Shown here: piece by piece, positions 1 through 13,340 of the stretch
How positions within the stretch are numbered: the stretch's first letter is position 1
How the letters are laid out: every line of letters begins with the position of its first letter
DNA from: Somniosus microcephalus
Taxonomy: Eukaryota
DNA length: 64,000 nucleotides
Reading direction: 5' to 3'
NCBI GenBank assembly: GCA_052327205.1
Contig: CM126211.1
Location: 147,498,001 to 147,562,000 of the forward strand
The notes under the pieces: model-generated
What the model saw: only the letters and a program-made list of their open reading frames with translations
Database searches by the model: none
Told to the model about the DNA's origin: nothing
Program-made: the position numbers and the translations under genes

Positions 1-137
1 CTGGGTGGGTAAGGCCTCCTGTGCCGACGCCTGTTGGCCCTCCTCCATCTGGCCATGATTGGCACTCTCTCTCAGCGTCTCTGAGCCCTTTCAATGCAAT
101 GGAGAAACCCAACGTTTCCACCCATTGCAGCCCCCAT
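1..137 (-). pseudogene. N-terminus of Harbinger transposase with in-frame stop
   Basis: MGAAMGGNVGFLHCIERAQRR*ERVPIMARWRRANRRRHRRPYPP aligns with the H1 transposase start MGAAWGANAEFQRHVHRARRRGVRGAALARRRGGNRRRQHRPYPV; TGA at 72-74. Confidence 0.8.
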
Positions 138-635
138 TATATGTGGCGACTCAAGACTATGGCACTGAAAGTTAAATCCAACTGCAAAGCTCTGGCCTGA
201 AGCCAGAAGTACCTGTGCGAGCGCTGAGTCAAAGCAGAAAGCTCCCTCCCTTTGCCTCTCTCCAAATCTCTCTCTCTCACACAGAAGGAGTGGAACAAAA
301 TGGCTGCCACAAAGAATGCAGGAAGAGTCCCCTTTAAATAGCGCCCCCAGCGCCCCACAGCAACTGGGAACCGTTCCACTCAACCAGTCGCTGGGAGCGC
401 CAGGCGCACAGAAGGGGGGCGCCACTGAAGTTCCGGTTCGGGGCGCACCATGAAATGACGTCAGGACCTACGCGCGCACCTGAGCGGGCACTGCGGTTTT
501 GCGCCGCCGTTAATTCTTGACTGAAGTTCGCGAGAGGCGCAGATCGCGCCACGCCCGGGCGCTAGCCGCTTCGCGCCCCACTTCTTGCCCTCTTAAGGCG
601 CTAGCAGCTGGCGCTAACAACTGAATTTCTAGGCC
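1..635 (-). mobile_element. PIF/Harbinger transposon H0, transposase-proximal end (rest lies outside the window)
   Basis: Ends ACTGAATTTCTAGGCC at 635, the reverse complement of the GGCCTAGAAATTCAGT TIR at 20543 and 14777, followed by TTA. Subterminal GGCGCTA/TAGCGC motifs and TGACGTCA at 456-463 are as in H1/H2. Confidence 0.85.
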
Positions 636-973
636 TTAATTTATTGTAATTTCAAGGCATTTTAAAAATGTGATTTAAAAAAAAAATTTATTTAAAGTTT
701 TACTATGTTTTTTCATTGATCTCCATTCATTTATTTGACAGATCTTCCTGTCAAATGTATGAAGGGAGATTCCCTTCTGTGATTAGCTCCCCATGGCCCA
801 CGTGATCCCAGGGACGCTGCGAACTACATGCGCCCCTGGGATACGTGGGCCCTGTGCACTTCAAGTTTGGAGAGGCCCAGGATTGGAAGTGTGTGCGTCC
901 CGGGAGCCCTCAGGTAAGGGCGCAGATTTTTCCAGATCGCCCCTGGGAGGCCTGCGATCGGAAAATATGGGCC
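636..973 (-). mobile_element. Half of a MITE of the 11756-12498 family, apparently interrupted by H0
   Basis: 790-820 (CCCCATGGCCCACGTGATCCCAGGGACGC) is close to the reverse complement of ~11923-11952; ends GAAAATATGGGCC at 973. Confidence 0.6.
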
Positions 974-976
974 AAT

Positions 977-1749
977 AGCCCAGAATTTGTGGTCAGCGGC
1001 GAAGTAAAGGCCTTTGCTACTGGCCCCGAAGTATGCTTTGCACAAGTATCTCGTGATCTCTGTGTCAAGAGGTTCAGGTTTTCCGATGCATAATTCAAAT
1101 CAACGGAGTATAGTGGGAATCCCCTTGTACGAGCTGCTGTGACATCAACAGGCTGTCTAAGCAGTGAATCAAAATGCAGAATTCGCACAGACAATGAACA
1201 AGGAAGTGAGTAAGCTCTTAAAATTCTAACTTTTAAAAAATATTAGAAAGAGCAAAACAAAGATTGGGGCTCTCACATGGGGAAAAGGCAAACCTGCAAT
1301 AAAGAGGGACAAACTTTAAAAAAAACATTTCTAGAAATTTATTGAAGTTTCTTTAAAAAAATTTTTTTTAATTAAAATGGACATTTTACACGGCACAAAA
1401 TTAAAATTAGTTTTCCATTTAAACATTTGTTTAGCAGTAATAACACTGTTAAAACCCCACTTACATCTAATCCCTTTGGGTCTAACTTTTAGTGGGGAAT
1501 TTAGCAGTGTAATTACTGCGGAAGAGCCAAAGTTTTCGTTAGTTTCCCTGATTTGGCTGATTACACAGATTGCTGGCTCTGTGGTGGTGGGGAGGGGGCA
1601 CAGCCTGTTTCAGAGCTGTCAATGGCAGACCGCAACTGCAGGATTTCCACATGCACAGGCGCCAAATTCCGAAGTTGCGGTCAGTTTCAAAGGTGGAATG
1701 ATGGTGAACGCTGCCAGTTCGCCGTCATCCTGACCGCAAATTCCGGGCT
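977..1749. mobile_element. Non-autonomous TIR element (Harbinger-type MITE)
   Basis: TIRs AGCCCAGAATTTGTGGTCAG / CTGACCGCAAATTCCGGGCT (18/20 match); 3-bp flanks AAT/ATT; AT-rich core. Confidence 0.7.
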
Positions 1750-1928
1750 ATTTATAAAATATTTCAAATTCCACTTAGTAGTTCCAAAAGATAGAGTGTA
1801 CATATTTAACTCGTTCCATATTTAATAAACAAGAAGCTCAAGCTACCACAACAGTGTTTTCAGGGCTATTTTTCAATTAGTGGCATTATTGTACCAAAAC
1901 TGACTGTCTTTTCTTCTCTTTCTTCTAG

Positions 1929-2049
1929 TCTGATGTTATCGATCAGAATTTATTAAACTTCCTCCCAGAACAGGAGCATGGGGAAATATATAAACTACTG
2001 TCCTCTCATACATTAGTGACAGACTCTGTTTTGCCAGACTATTTAAACT
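1929..2049 (+). CDS. NPAS2: NPAS2 internal exon (PAS-A): [40 protein letters not shown]
   Basis: tag|TCT acceptor, gtgagt donor, 121 nt; peptide matches NPAS2/CLOCK PAS-A. Confidence 0.95.
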
Positions 2050-2109
2050 GTGAGTTCCTTTGTACATAAAAGATTATGTAACCCATTATTTTAGTAGTTA
2101 ATCCCTTCA

Positions 2110-3150
2110 ACAATGACTTACATTTGTATAGCACTCCCTAAATTAAACCTTCTCAAGCTGAAGGTGGAAGCAGGAAAAATAAGGAATTTGAGGGGGAGAG
2201 TAATGGCACTGTTGAAAAGATGGATATTTAGGTGGCTTTTGACAGCACAAAGGGAGGTAATAAGGTGAAGTGATTTTGGGAGGGAATTGCAGAAAGCAGC
2301 GACGTGGTGACTGAGTGATTATAAGATTGTCCTCTGATAGTGGAGTGGAGGAAATGGAATGAACAATAATGCAGAAACAAAGAAGCGAAGAGTGCAGGAT
2401 GGGAAATATGGCTGGTAAATGTCACTGAAATAGGATGGGGAAGATTGTGTAGAGATTTGACGATGAGGATATTGAAATCCATTTATTGTGGCACAAGTAT
2501 CCAATGCAGTTTGCCAAAGATTAGGGTGCTGGGTGTGCAGGATTTTGCAGTCGAGGACAGCAGAGTTCTGGATCAGCTGGAGTTTGTGAAGGCTGGAAGT
2601 GAGAAGAGCCTCCTTATGGCATGAAGATATCAATTAAGGTTTCAGCAGCAGTGGAAGAGAAATAGAAATATAAGTAGGCAGTATTCCAGAGATGAAATAA
2701 TATTTATTGGCAATAACTGGGTGTGGAGTAAAATCTCAGCTCAGGGTCAAGCAAGGTGCCAAAGTTGCATACCACCAGTTCAGGTTGAGCTGATAGCAAA
2801 GTGCCCGCGTGGTGCGGGAGTGGAGTGGGGTGGGGGGGTGGGTGCGGTTGATGGTATTGGAGACAAGGTCATACTGTTGCTGGCAGGAGCCAAAGATAAT
2901 GGCTTCAGTTTTGTTGAGTTGAAGGAAATTTCTCTCAGCCAGCACTTGATTTTTTTGTTACAGGTTAGATTAGCAATAGTCTACCAAAGAGGTAGAATTG
3001 AGAGTCACAGGAATATATGTGGAAACTGACAAATGTGGTAAATGATGAATGGGGGGATCCTATATTATGGAACTCTGGGAGCACTGAAGGTGACTAAGGG
3101 CACAGGAGGAGAAACTGAAGAGCTATAACTGATATTGCTTCCCCTAGTGC
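2110..3150 (-). mobile_element. Decayed L2-clade LINE 3' fragment (boundaries approximate)
   Basis: Minus-strand remnants NFLQLNKTEAIIFGS and LHKLQLIQNSA are typical of the L2 ORF2 C-terminus. Confidence 0.6.
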
Positions 3151-4468
3151 TCCAGGAACACTCATGTTCCAGGTGTTGGAGAGAGGAAAAAGGAAGGAGA
3201 GGCCCATAACGTCAGTTCTCCACCCCCTGGGATTTTCAGGGCTTCCACCAAGGGGTGAACTTGCGCCTACACCTACAATGGTAATGAGACAGGATGGGGT
3301 GTTTCCGGCCCTCCAGCCTCAATTTATTGCGCTTGCATACCCAGGGATGCCTATTTACAGTGACAGCCCTCTCAGGTGGAAGCTGTTTGAAGGGGACAGC
3401 CAGCAAGGTGAAGAGGGACAAACCGGATAAGTGGCTAAGTTTTTTTCTTAACCACCCATTGGATTTTCAAGCTTGGAGGTCTGTTGACAGCTTTTCTCCT
3501 AAGTGTCAGCCTTGACCTAATAGTAGCCCCCTCATCACTGAGTCAGAGATTGTGCGTTCAAGACCCACTCCAGAGACTTGAGCACATAATCTAGGTTAAC
3601 ACTTCAGTGTGGCATTAAAGGCGTGTTGCTATGCCAGTTATTTACTGCAATGATTAAAAGATATCCTTGATTACAGATTTAGTTCTTTTTACTCTCACCC
3701 TATTTTTTTCAGATATTCCCCTTTTCCTGCAGAAGTTTGCCAACATCATGCACCCATATCTCAGGGTTTTCCAATGTTGCACTATAACTGGCTATTAGTG
3801 GGGCAGTGAATAGCTGCTGACTTTTTGTCCCTTAAATTTGTTTCCTGTCTCCTGAGATATTAGCTTGCCGTTGTTTGGCACATCCCCAGTTGGCCTCAGC
3901 TTACCTTGCTAGTACAGCAACTGTACGGTACCACCCATAAGTAGGACTCCAAGATGCCTGTAGTCAAGGACGTGGACCCTGACTCAAGTCATCAGGAAGG
4001 GACTATTTAAGTTGTTAGAGAAGATATTCCAACTGCTGGCTAGAAAATCGCAAAGGCAGCCTGCCACTCTGATGAGTGGTGACAGAAGCTAAAGATCACT
4101 TAAAAAATGTTGCCCCATTTCTCTGAAGGGACACTGGAGCCTTTATTCTAAGGGCAGAATTCCTGAGGTGGCCTAGGATCTCCCAGAGACATGACCCCAA
4201 AGCTGTGAATGGACTTAGGGAAGGTGGTCAGAAGACCCAACCCCGCCCCACCCACACCCCCGACCGGAATTTAGGCTGCATGATACATGGGGTGGAAGTC
4301 TGGTGAATCCAGGATCTGCCTCAAATTGCAGCCCCTTGTGGTTGAGCTGCCCATATTGTGCCCTGGTTCCCCAACAATAATTTCAGACCCTACATGTATA
4401 TATAGAAAAAAAGAGCTTGCATTTAAATAACTTGCATTTAAGCAACAATGTTAATTTTTTATTTAAAG

Positions 4469-4582
4469 CTGAGAACTGCTTTGAGTTTTCTTGTCATCTG
4501 CTGCGAGGGACATTGGACCCAAAGGAACCTCCTACCTATGAATATCTAAGATTTGTAGGAAATTTTCAGACTTATGACGGTG
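4469..4582 (+). CDS. NPAS2: NPAS2 exon: [37 protein letters not shown]
   Basis: aag|CT acceptor, gtaagt donor, 114 nt, phase 1-1. Confidence 0.95.
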
Positions 4583-5231
4583 GTAAGTGTTGGGATTTAG
4601 TTACGGTCTATTATGTTTGAGGATAAAAGCTTAAATATTAGTTTACAAAACACACAAATTGTACTTTGCATAAGAACACAAAAAGTAACAAAGTAAATTG
4701 TTTAAAAGGTAGGGCTGATAGAAGAAATTATTAATTTGCAGTAAGTAAATCATTAAGCCAAATAATTTATTTTGCGAATGTCCTATTCTAAGAATTATTG
4801 GAATGAACATAATTAAATTTAACATGGTCATAAATACATCAGGTTTCATAGTAAAAGATTGACATTTAAGCTAAATGTAGACAGATTGATGAACCAAGTA
4901 AAATGCAGAGAACATTGATCATAAAAATAGGATGAATTCATTAAAGTTCATATTAACAAGCAGCAAATTATTGTTTTCCTTACTTAAAAATAATTGCATG
5001 CTGGAAATTCAAGATATTTTAAATAAGTTTGTATTATTACATTAGTTCATATGGAGATAGGAATTACAAAGAAAAATTAACTTAAGAATCAAGAGGATCT
5101 TATAGGGCTAGGTTTTACACTGTTAATGGGCAGAAAATCTAGCTGAATCCAAATGCGCGCAACTACATGTCACAAGTTGCACCGAAAGAAACCATGAAAA
5201 GGCTTTGTAAGTCAAGTTCATTGGTGATAAA

Positions 5232-6591
5232 GGGCTGGATTATAAAGAAAGAAAGACTTGCATTTATATAGTGCCTTTCACGACCACCGGACGTCCCAAA
5301 GCGCTTTACAACCAATGAAGTACTTTTTTGAAGTGTAGTCACTGTTGTAATGTGGGAAACGCGGCAGCCAATTTACACACAGCAAGCTCCCACAAACAGC
5401 AATGTGATAATGACCAGATAATCTGTTTTAGATGTTGATTGGGGATGAATATTGGCCAGGACACCAGGGATAACTCCCCTGCTCTTCTTCAAAATAGTGC
5501 CATGGGATCTTTTACATCCACCTGAGAGAGCAGACTAGGTTTAGCGCCTCATCCAAAACCCGGCACCTCCGGCAGGGCAGCACTCCCTCAGTACTGTACT
5601 GGTATGTCAGCTAGATTATGTGCTCAAGTCTATAGAGTGAGACTTGAACCCACAACCTTCTGACTCAGAGGCGAGAGTGCTACCAACTGAGCCACGGCTG
5701 ACCACAAGGGGGAAGGTGGGTTGGGGGTGGGGCGGGGGGGGGCGGGGGAGCTCCGAGGCAGTTGGGAAACCCGGGAGACCAGGTTTCCTGCAGGCCCTGC
5801 CGACTTTAACGGCAGGGCCGGATTTACATGCGAGACCTTCGGTTTCCCGCTTACAGCCAGCCAAATTGCGAGGCTGGCTGGCTGCGGGCAGGTAGGCCTG
5901 CGGCACAAAGCCGCACATAGCAGGGAGGGAGGGTTCGCGTGGGGGCCGGTCCTTTTAAAAGGATCGGGGGGGGGGTCGGGCAGAGGACCAGGGGTCGGGC
6001 TGGGCCGTTAAAAGGATCGGGCAGGGGGTAGAGAGGATCGGGACCGGATGATCCGGGTGGGCCGGCCATTGGAGGATTATGGCTGGCCTCCGGATGATGG
6101 GTGGGGGTGGGTGAAGGGAAGATCGTGGCCGGCCACCGGAGGATCAGTGGGGGGGAGAGAAGATCATGACCGGCCTCAGCATTATCGGTGGGGGAAGGCC
6201 TAGGGTGGATGATCAGAGGCCTTGTGGGGGGGTCTCTGATCGCGGGAGGTGAGTTAGGAAGGGACCCTGGATCTAGGAGGTAGATATAAAGGCACTTACC
6301 TCCTGGATCAAGCAGTCCACTTTCTGTAACTGCCAGATTTTACAAATTGTGTAAAACCCGTCCACCTTCAGTTAAAAACAAAATGGAGGTTAAAAAAGAG
6401 GCTTCCAGCTAATTATAATATTTAAATTGACCTCCCGCCTCCTGGGAGTGGGTTGGCTGCCCGCCCCTGTCCTTCCTGCCCCGCCTCCGTTAAAACCGGA
6501 AGTGAGCGGGTTCAGGTTGGGAATCTGATTTTTAACAATTTAACTCTCCCCATGCTCCAAACTCACCTTTTTTTTGCTTAAAATTCCCCCC
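5232..6591. mobile_element. GC-rich MITE-like element interrupted by the SINE
   Basis: GGGCTGGATT at 5232 directly before the SINE tail and AAAATTCCCCC at about 6581-6591; interior resembles 6880-7150 and 63014-63731. Confidence 0.45.
5245..5703 (-). mobile_element. tRNA-derived Deu-domain SINE (SacSINE1-like)
   Basis: Minus strand has A box TGGCTCAGTTGG, B box GGTTCAAGTC, Deu-like body and TATATAAATGCAAGTCTTTCTTTC tail; homologous to 25123-25585. Confidence 0.85.
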
Positions 6592-9325
6592 AAAATCTTT
6601 AACCAACTATATTTGCATAAATATGTTGATCATCAAAAAGTATCTTTTAAAAAAACATATGTGGAAAAACTCATGTTTGATTTCAAGCAAAATAAAAGTA
6701 AACAGGCAAGACATTGTACTAGAGAAGATTCGAGGGCTATTTGTTTTTAAAGGTTTCTTTCTGTAGTGCAAGATCTAGTCTTGGATACTGCTTGTACTTG
6801 TAGCACACAGGAGTACCATCATTAAAAAGCCAGCATGTTAATGCCAGCGACAGCTACTGTCACTTGATGCAAATTTTGGCCCTGATAACAGGTAGAGGGG
6901 GGTGGGGGAAGATTCAGTGTATAAATTTAACAGCAGGACCTGATTTTTTTTTAAATCTGTTTCCCGGCAACAGCCAGCCAGACTGAGGGCTGGCTGGCTG
7001 TCGGGCAGGTAGGCCTGCGGCTCCAGGCCGCAACCGGAGATCTGGCATCGGTGAGGGGGTAAGTGATCGGGAGGGGGTCGGTCAGATCGCAGTGTGGAGG
7101 GAGGGGGGGGTCGGTCAGATCGTAGGCGGTGGGGGTGGGGGGGGTTGGACAAATTACCCTAAAGTGTCAGAATTTAATTACCAGAAAGTTCCATGATCCA
7201 TGTAGCAAAAGTAAGTTCAACTATAGTAGAATCTTCCCTAACCATACTTGTACCTAAGACCAAAGTGATAATTACACAAATTGATTGTAGTTTTTTTTTA
7301 CGATTAAAAGTCTTAAAATATTTTTATTTTGCCTCTATCCCTATTTTACTTCTTTCTAGTTTCCTTCTTTCTCTCCTGCAGGTAATGATTCATGCTGGGT
7401 ATGGTTCCATGGGTGCTCTGGTACTTTGTCCAAGACCTCTTCATGTATCAGCCCAGACTGTGAGTGGCAACTGGCTATTCACTCCGGGTGGCATCACTGT
7501 CGTGCCCAATTCTGCCCTCACCTGACATTCACATATGCTTATTTTTCCAGCAAGGGGGCACTGGATAATGATCAGGAGTGGGGATCTTTGTCCCTTTATT
7601 TTCCACCCCATAGCTTAAGGAACACCAAAGCCTTTTGTGGTGCCACCACTTCTGGCCTGAAACCTGCTAATTCAATAAAAAATAGTGATCAATTCTAGGA
7701 GCTTCCTGGTCCCAATGGCGCAGTACCCAATTCTATAGTGCACTTACCTACAGAGACACGTGTGAGTGCCACTTTCCCTTTCAAATGATCTCCTGCTTCC
7801 AAGAACCTACATCTAAGAGGATGGGCTGGCAATTAGCCCCTGGGCTTCCACCAATGTACCTCCTAGATTGGCCACTAGGATGTGCTTGAGAGCTGACTCT
7901 TCCTCCAATTTCCCCTCCCTCTAGAAAGGAAGCATTTACCTTATGGTGGCACAACTCAGAACAGGGACTCAGTGTGTGGGCGTTCACAGGTGTGGATGTG
8001 CACCCCGCCACTCTTGGTCCAGCATACTGTCCCTTTCTGCAGGTTTATGCTTTTCAATATTGGCGTGCATGTGTGTAGTAAGAGATTGTGTTTGAGTGCA
8101 ACATGTTTAATCATTAACATTTGCCTACAAATGACTATGTCAATATAGCAGACTGCAATGTGGGTGTACTTTGGTAAATAATTGTTTATGTAGATAGAGT
8201 TTATTCATTAGGAAAATTTATTAGCTTGACCTGGAAAAAAGTTTGCCAACGCAGTTTGGTGCCAAAAGAGTCTGCCTGTTTTACTGGCCTGTACAGAAAA
8301 CTATTTGTCAGAGATGGCTGCTGAGAACAGATTTTCAAAAACATTTGGCCATGTTCCAAATAGGTCAGCATCAGTGGCAGAGCTTTTGAAGTATTGTTTT
8401 GAAAACTAAGCATACTGAGGGAATACTGACATTAGCAGTGGACATGTAATGATTATATAAAGCAGTATATTCATTTTTATGGCGAGCTTTTTCTTACATT
8501 TTAATTCCATATTTCCTTTGAAGTATATAAATGCATTTTTATCATGTAATTGCTTCAAAAAGAACTGCACTTATTTCATCACATTGTCTGATTTATATAT
8601 GAATCAAAATGTAATTTCTTTCTACTTGCATTGGCTGAAACATGAGTTTGTATTATTAATTAAATAGAGGATGTGCCAGCGAATACCATAATGCAGAAAA
8701 GCATTGCATATGAAACCGCACATAAATTTTAAAGAATATACCGGGCTATGTGACCAATTGTTCTGATCAGTTCTGTGTACTAAAAAATAACTTATAACCT
8801 AACCACAAATTTAATTCTGCTCCACAGAATTCACACATCTAAAGAGATAAAAAATATTCTAAGTGGTGTAAGAAAGGGGATTAAATAACAAATCCATCTG
8901 GTATTGGTGAGATAATGACCAATGCAATGCAAAGCACTTTTAATTAAGGACTGTTTCATTTATTGCCTAATGTATACTATGGATAACATGGCCAGATGTA
9001 AGTCAGACTGATGTTTGTTCTGTTATCATGCGTGTGTGCACCCAAAACAAAAATCGGCCCCATGGTTACGTAACAATTAACAGGTCATTTGTTTTAGTCT
9101 AACTTTCATGCTCAAATTTACCAGCTGCACAGACCAGTTTAAAAATATTGGAATCCTGATAAAACTACCCAGTCCGAGTGCTGTAGAGATGCATATATTT
9201 TGATGCACGTAAACCTTTTACTGATTCATAGTTAAGACCATGAATAGTTTATATTAATACACTATTTATTACATTCTGGTATAACCCATAGATTGAAATG
9301 TTCTTTTTCTTTTTTCTAATTTTAG

Positions 9326-9444
9326 TGCCTAGCTCCTCTTGTAATGGTTTTGAACGTGCTGTTCAAAGGACATTTCAAACAGCGGTAGATGAACAGATGT
9401 GTTTTGTAGCAACCGTCCGTCTAGCAACACCTCAGTTCATAAAG
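9326..9444 (+). CDS. NPAS2: NPAS2 exon: [39 protein letters not shown]
   Basis: tttag|TG acceptor, gtgagc donor, 119 nt. Confidence 0.95.
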
Positions 9445-9989
9445 GTGAGCACATATTGTTCCCTGCACCGGAACTGATAGGCCAGAGACACATTTGATAT
9501 TGGGCCTCGAGCCCCATTTAAATTAGACCAGCGAACTGCGGGCACCTGCTGCACGTCCCCAGACAGCTCATCGGCAAAGTGGATTTAAATTTCAGGAAGG
9601 TCCTGGGAAGGAATGAGAGATGATTGGGAGGGGGCTGAGCAGAGGCTGAAAACAGTCTTCAGGACTGCCCTAGATGCCTGTACCTCAGCCTTTACCAATA
9701 TGACAGGCTGTACACTTCCAAGGCGGAATATGCGCGTGTATGCTGCCCGCTGTATTGGACACTTAGGCGCCTGTTTTACGCGCGTTGTCAACAAATTTCT
9801 AGGAGATGCTGTTTATTGATTAAATTTAAATACCTCTACTTTTTAAGGATCCTCAGTTTTTTAATGTTTTTGGAAAAAAAATTGGTGATTTTGTGATATA
9901 CAATTACTGGGGAATTAATTCTGAATTTTAGTCTGAACTGTGAACCAGATTTGAGTATTAGGAATTATTGATGATTATTAATATCAATT

Positions 9990-10585
9990 TGCATTTATTT
10001 AGTACCTTTTAATGTATAAAACATCCCAAGGTTTACAGAGTAATAGAAGAGGAACTGAACACTGAGCCGGGGAGGATTTAGATGGGGTGATGGAAGACAT
10101 GGGTAAAAATAAGGTTTTTAAAGGACAAAGAGGTGGAGAGGTGGACAGGGAGCCAGAGTATGCTCAAGGGGACTGAAATCATGAGAGTGCAGAGGGAAAT
10201 AGAAGGATTTCCAGAAAGCAGGAATGAGGTAGCTGGAAACTCTGCCACTGATTGGGGAGGCAAAGAGAGGGGGAATGAACAGGTGGCCAGATCTAGAAGA
10301 CCACTAGAGAGCAGAAGGGGAAATAAGTCTGGAGATGGCTGTAGAGATAAAGTGGAGTGAGGCCATGGAGGTATTTGAAGACGAACGTGAGGATTTTAAA
10401 TTTATTGCATTGGGGTAGGGAGCCAGTTTAGGTCCATGAGGGTGGGGCTGATGGGTGAGCAGGTCATAGTGCAGGACAGGACAAAAGTTTTGGACCAATT
10501 GGAGATTATGGAGGATGAAAAAGGGGAAGCCAGTGAGGAGAGTATTGGAATAATTAAGTCTTGAGGTGACAAAGGCATGAAAGAA
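9990..10585 (-). mobile_element. Decayed L2-clade LINE 3' fragment
   Basis: FHAFVTSRLNYSNTLLTG...LHNLQLVQN motif on the minus strand. Confidence 0.65.
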
Positions 10586-10845
10586 CCAGAGGTGACATGA
10601 GGAAACATTTTTTTTTACACAGTGAGTAGTTGTGACCTGGAATGCACTGCCTGATAAAGGTGGTGGAAACAGATTCAATAGTAACATTCAAAATTAATTG
10701 GATAAATACTTGAAGCTAAAATATTTACAGGGCTCTGAGGGAAGAGTGGGATTAATTGAATAGCTCTATCAAAGAGCTGGCACAGGCACGATGGGCCGAA
10801 TGGCCTCCTTCTGCGCTGTATCATTCTATGATTCTATTATTCTAT
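10586..10845 (+). mobile_element. CR1 LINE 3' end fragment
   Basis: TTTACACAGTGAGTAGTTGTGACCTGGAATGCACTGCC (FTQRVV.WNALP-like) and GGGCCGAATGGCCTCCT..ATTCTATGATTCTAT tail. Confidence 0.7.
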
Positions 10846-11160
10846 GTGGCGGAAACCTAAGCAATTAATCTGAATGTCCTGGTGAGGACCTGCTGTTTAT
10901 TCAATAATTAAGGCTTTATTCTTGCACATCTAAGCGATAGAGCAAGACATACAACGCTGTGCAATGATATTCATCTTTGTTTCGTCAATTGTCTACTTTT
11001 TAGATTTATTCTGAAAATTTGAAATGGATATATTTCTAAATATAGCCATGTTAAATACTAAAGTTCATGGATTGATGCAACTGAAATGCAGAATTTAAAA
11101 CTGTTCTATGTAAAATGTTGCCACTTTTAACTATGTTTACAATACTTTATGTCACCACAG

Positions 11161-11243
11161 GAGATGTGCATAATTGAAGAGCCTTTAGAAGAATTTACTT
11201 CTAGGCATAGCTTGGAGTGGAAATTTTTATTTTTAGACCACAG
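11161..11243 (+). CDS. NPAS2: NPAS2 exon (PAS-B start): [28 protein letters not shown]
   Basis: cacag|GAG acceptor, gttagt donor, 83 nt. Confidence 0.97.
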
Positions 11244-11755
11244 GTTAGTGAGAATTTTTTTTGTGATGACTGTAGAACTAACCAGTTTCATGATTGCCAA
11301 CCTGGTACGGGCACAAGAAGTCGTTCTGGAATTGGTTGTGTTGTATTCCTGGAAGGAAAAGTAACACTAAATTTCCTTGCACAGGAAGTTTTATTTCCTT
11401 TGTAAGTTTACATTTTGCTGAATAGTCAATAACCTAAGAAAGATTATGCCAACCTGTCTCTGCTCTATGATCTACAAACTCTATAATAATATCAAGGTCT
11501 CTTCACGTACAAGAATGCAGCTCACTGAAATGGCAATTGCCACCTTAATTACACTGGGGCAAAGTTTGGTGAAGATGCCTCGAAAGGCAGCAAAAGATTG
11601 GAAACCTCAAGAAGCTTGACCCACTTGTCTCTATTGATGACTTCAGGCTTCAGGAAATCCTATCTGCGCAGTAATGGAAGATTATTGCTATGATTTAGCA
11701 GGCTGCTGCGAAAATCTTTTTTGTGCATCTGGACTCTGCACAGACCAAAGACATG

Positions 11756-12498
11756 GGCCCAGAAAATCAGGTCGGGGGCTTCCCGCGGGTGCAAGCCCCC
11801 GATCTGCACTTACCTTGCGCGCCGGCCATTGAGCTGTGGGCCCCCGTGGAATTCCAATCCGGGGCCTGGTCCAGCTGCCGGCGCGCAGTGCTTGCGTATC
11901 CCAGGGGCGCAGTTAGTTCGATGCGTCCCCTGGGATCACGTGGGCCATGGGGAGCCAATCGGAGCAGGGAATGCTCCATTCATAAGATTGACAGGAAGAG
12001 CTGTCAAGACTTATAAATACTACGGCCCCAAAACAGCACTAAATCTTCAAATACATTTTTTAAAAACATCACATTTTTTAAATAAACGATAAATTACATG
12101 AAATAACTATTTTAAACAATAATTTAAATTTTTGAAAAAAATAATTTTATTTTCTAACGGGGCTAAAAATAAACTTACCTTGCTTTAAAGTATTTAAAAA
12201 TAATAAACCTGCAGAAAAAATGTTTTAATTTTAATTAATTCACCACTTACGCCTGCTTTTTACATATCTAGCTTCTGGAGGCTTACCTTCCCGGGAAAAC
12301 CTGCAAAAAACCCGAAGTTCAATGCGCACGCGCAGTCTCTCCCGCGCACGCGTTCGAACTCTGAACCCCTTCGTTCAGGGGATCGGAAGTGCCGGTTTCC
12401 CGCGCATGCGCAGTGCATGCAGGAAACCGGCACTTCCATTGGGCTTACGGGTGAGTACCCCATGCATACTCACCCGTGGAGACCCGAATTTCTGGGCC
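11756..12498. mobile_element. Harbinger-type MITE
   Basis: TIRs GGCCCAGAAAATCAGGTC / GACCCGAATTTCTGGGCC; 3-bp flanks ATG/AAG; GC-rich arms around an AT-rich core. Confidence 0.75.
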
Positions 12499-13233
12499 AA
12501 GAAATCTGGAGGACACAATGAGAATAGCCTACTCCACTCAAATATCTATTGAGAGATATAGTCAGGCTTTCAGAAAGCATGGTTAGAGTATGTATATGTT
12601 GGCATATAAGATAGACCTCTGTGTTTATGCTAGGAATAAAGCTGTAATGCTGCACCTCAACATTCTGTACCAATCGAAAAAGTCTGCATCAATAAGAGGA
12701 GTAGAGTGCAGCCACCACTTCTGCCTGTGAAATACATTCCCGGACAATGTTGACTTCCAAAGCTCTATCCAGTGTATACAGCACCACACATTAAGCTATT
12801 GAGAATATATGTCTCATCCATTGGCATCTGAGTACATTTTCTTCAAGTATTTATGTACTTTCAAAAGCCACTAATTGCGATTAGTTGTGATTTTACAAAA
12901 CTTTTTTGAGTAGGTGGAGCCTTAAATAAAGGCTTTATGTACTCTGCTACATGAAAATATTCAGACAGCTTGTAGAACTTTTTTTAACATTGGTTGGTCT
13001 ACCTACATGCAATCCTCATGCAAATTCCTAACGGTTGCCCTGATGTGATGGAAATTACTACCAAGTCCCAGTTCTATTTGTCTCGTAACCAGATGTGTTG
13101 TGTAGAAGTCTAGTTCAAGAAATTAAGTTTGTTTGCTTCATTTCCAGGCACTTGTGTGTTCTGTCTAAACAGGTTGGCAGTTGCAACTAAGTGCTGCTTA
13201 CATTTTGTAATCAAATCCTCTTTCTAACCACAG

Positions 13234-13340
13234 GGCTCCACCGATCATAGGTTATTTGCCTTTTGAAGTACTGGGCACTTCGGGTTATGATTATTACCAC
13301 GTAGATGATCTGGAGCAGCTAGCACGGTGCCATCAACAAT
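13234..13340 (+). CDS. NPAS2: NPAS2 exon: [35 protein letters not shown]
   Basis: cacag|G acceptor, gtatgt donor, 107 nt. Confidence 0.97.

Noticed and set aside
7757-7762. General E-box enrichment across the locus
   Set aside because: The scattered CACGTG hits are not clearly above chance expectation.
8357-8367. RORE (CAAATAGGTCA) regulating NPAS2
   Set aside because: One mismatch to WAWNTRGGTCA, expected by chance in 64 kb, and no conservation data are available.
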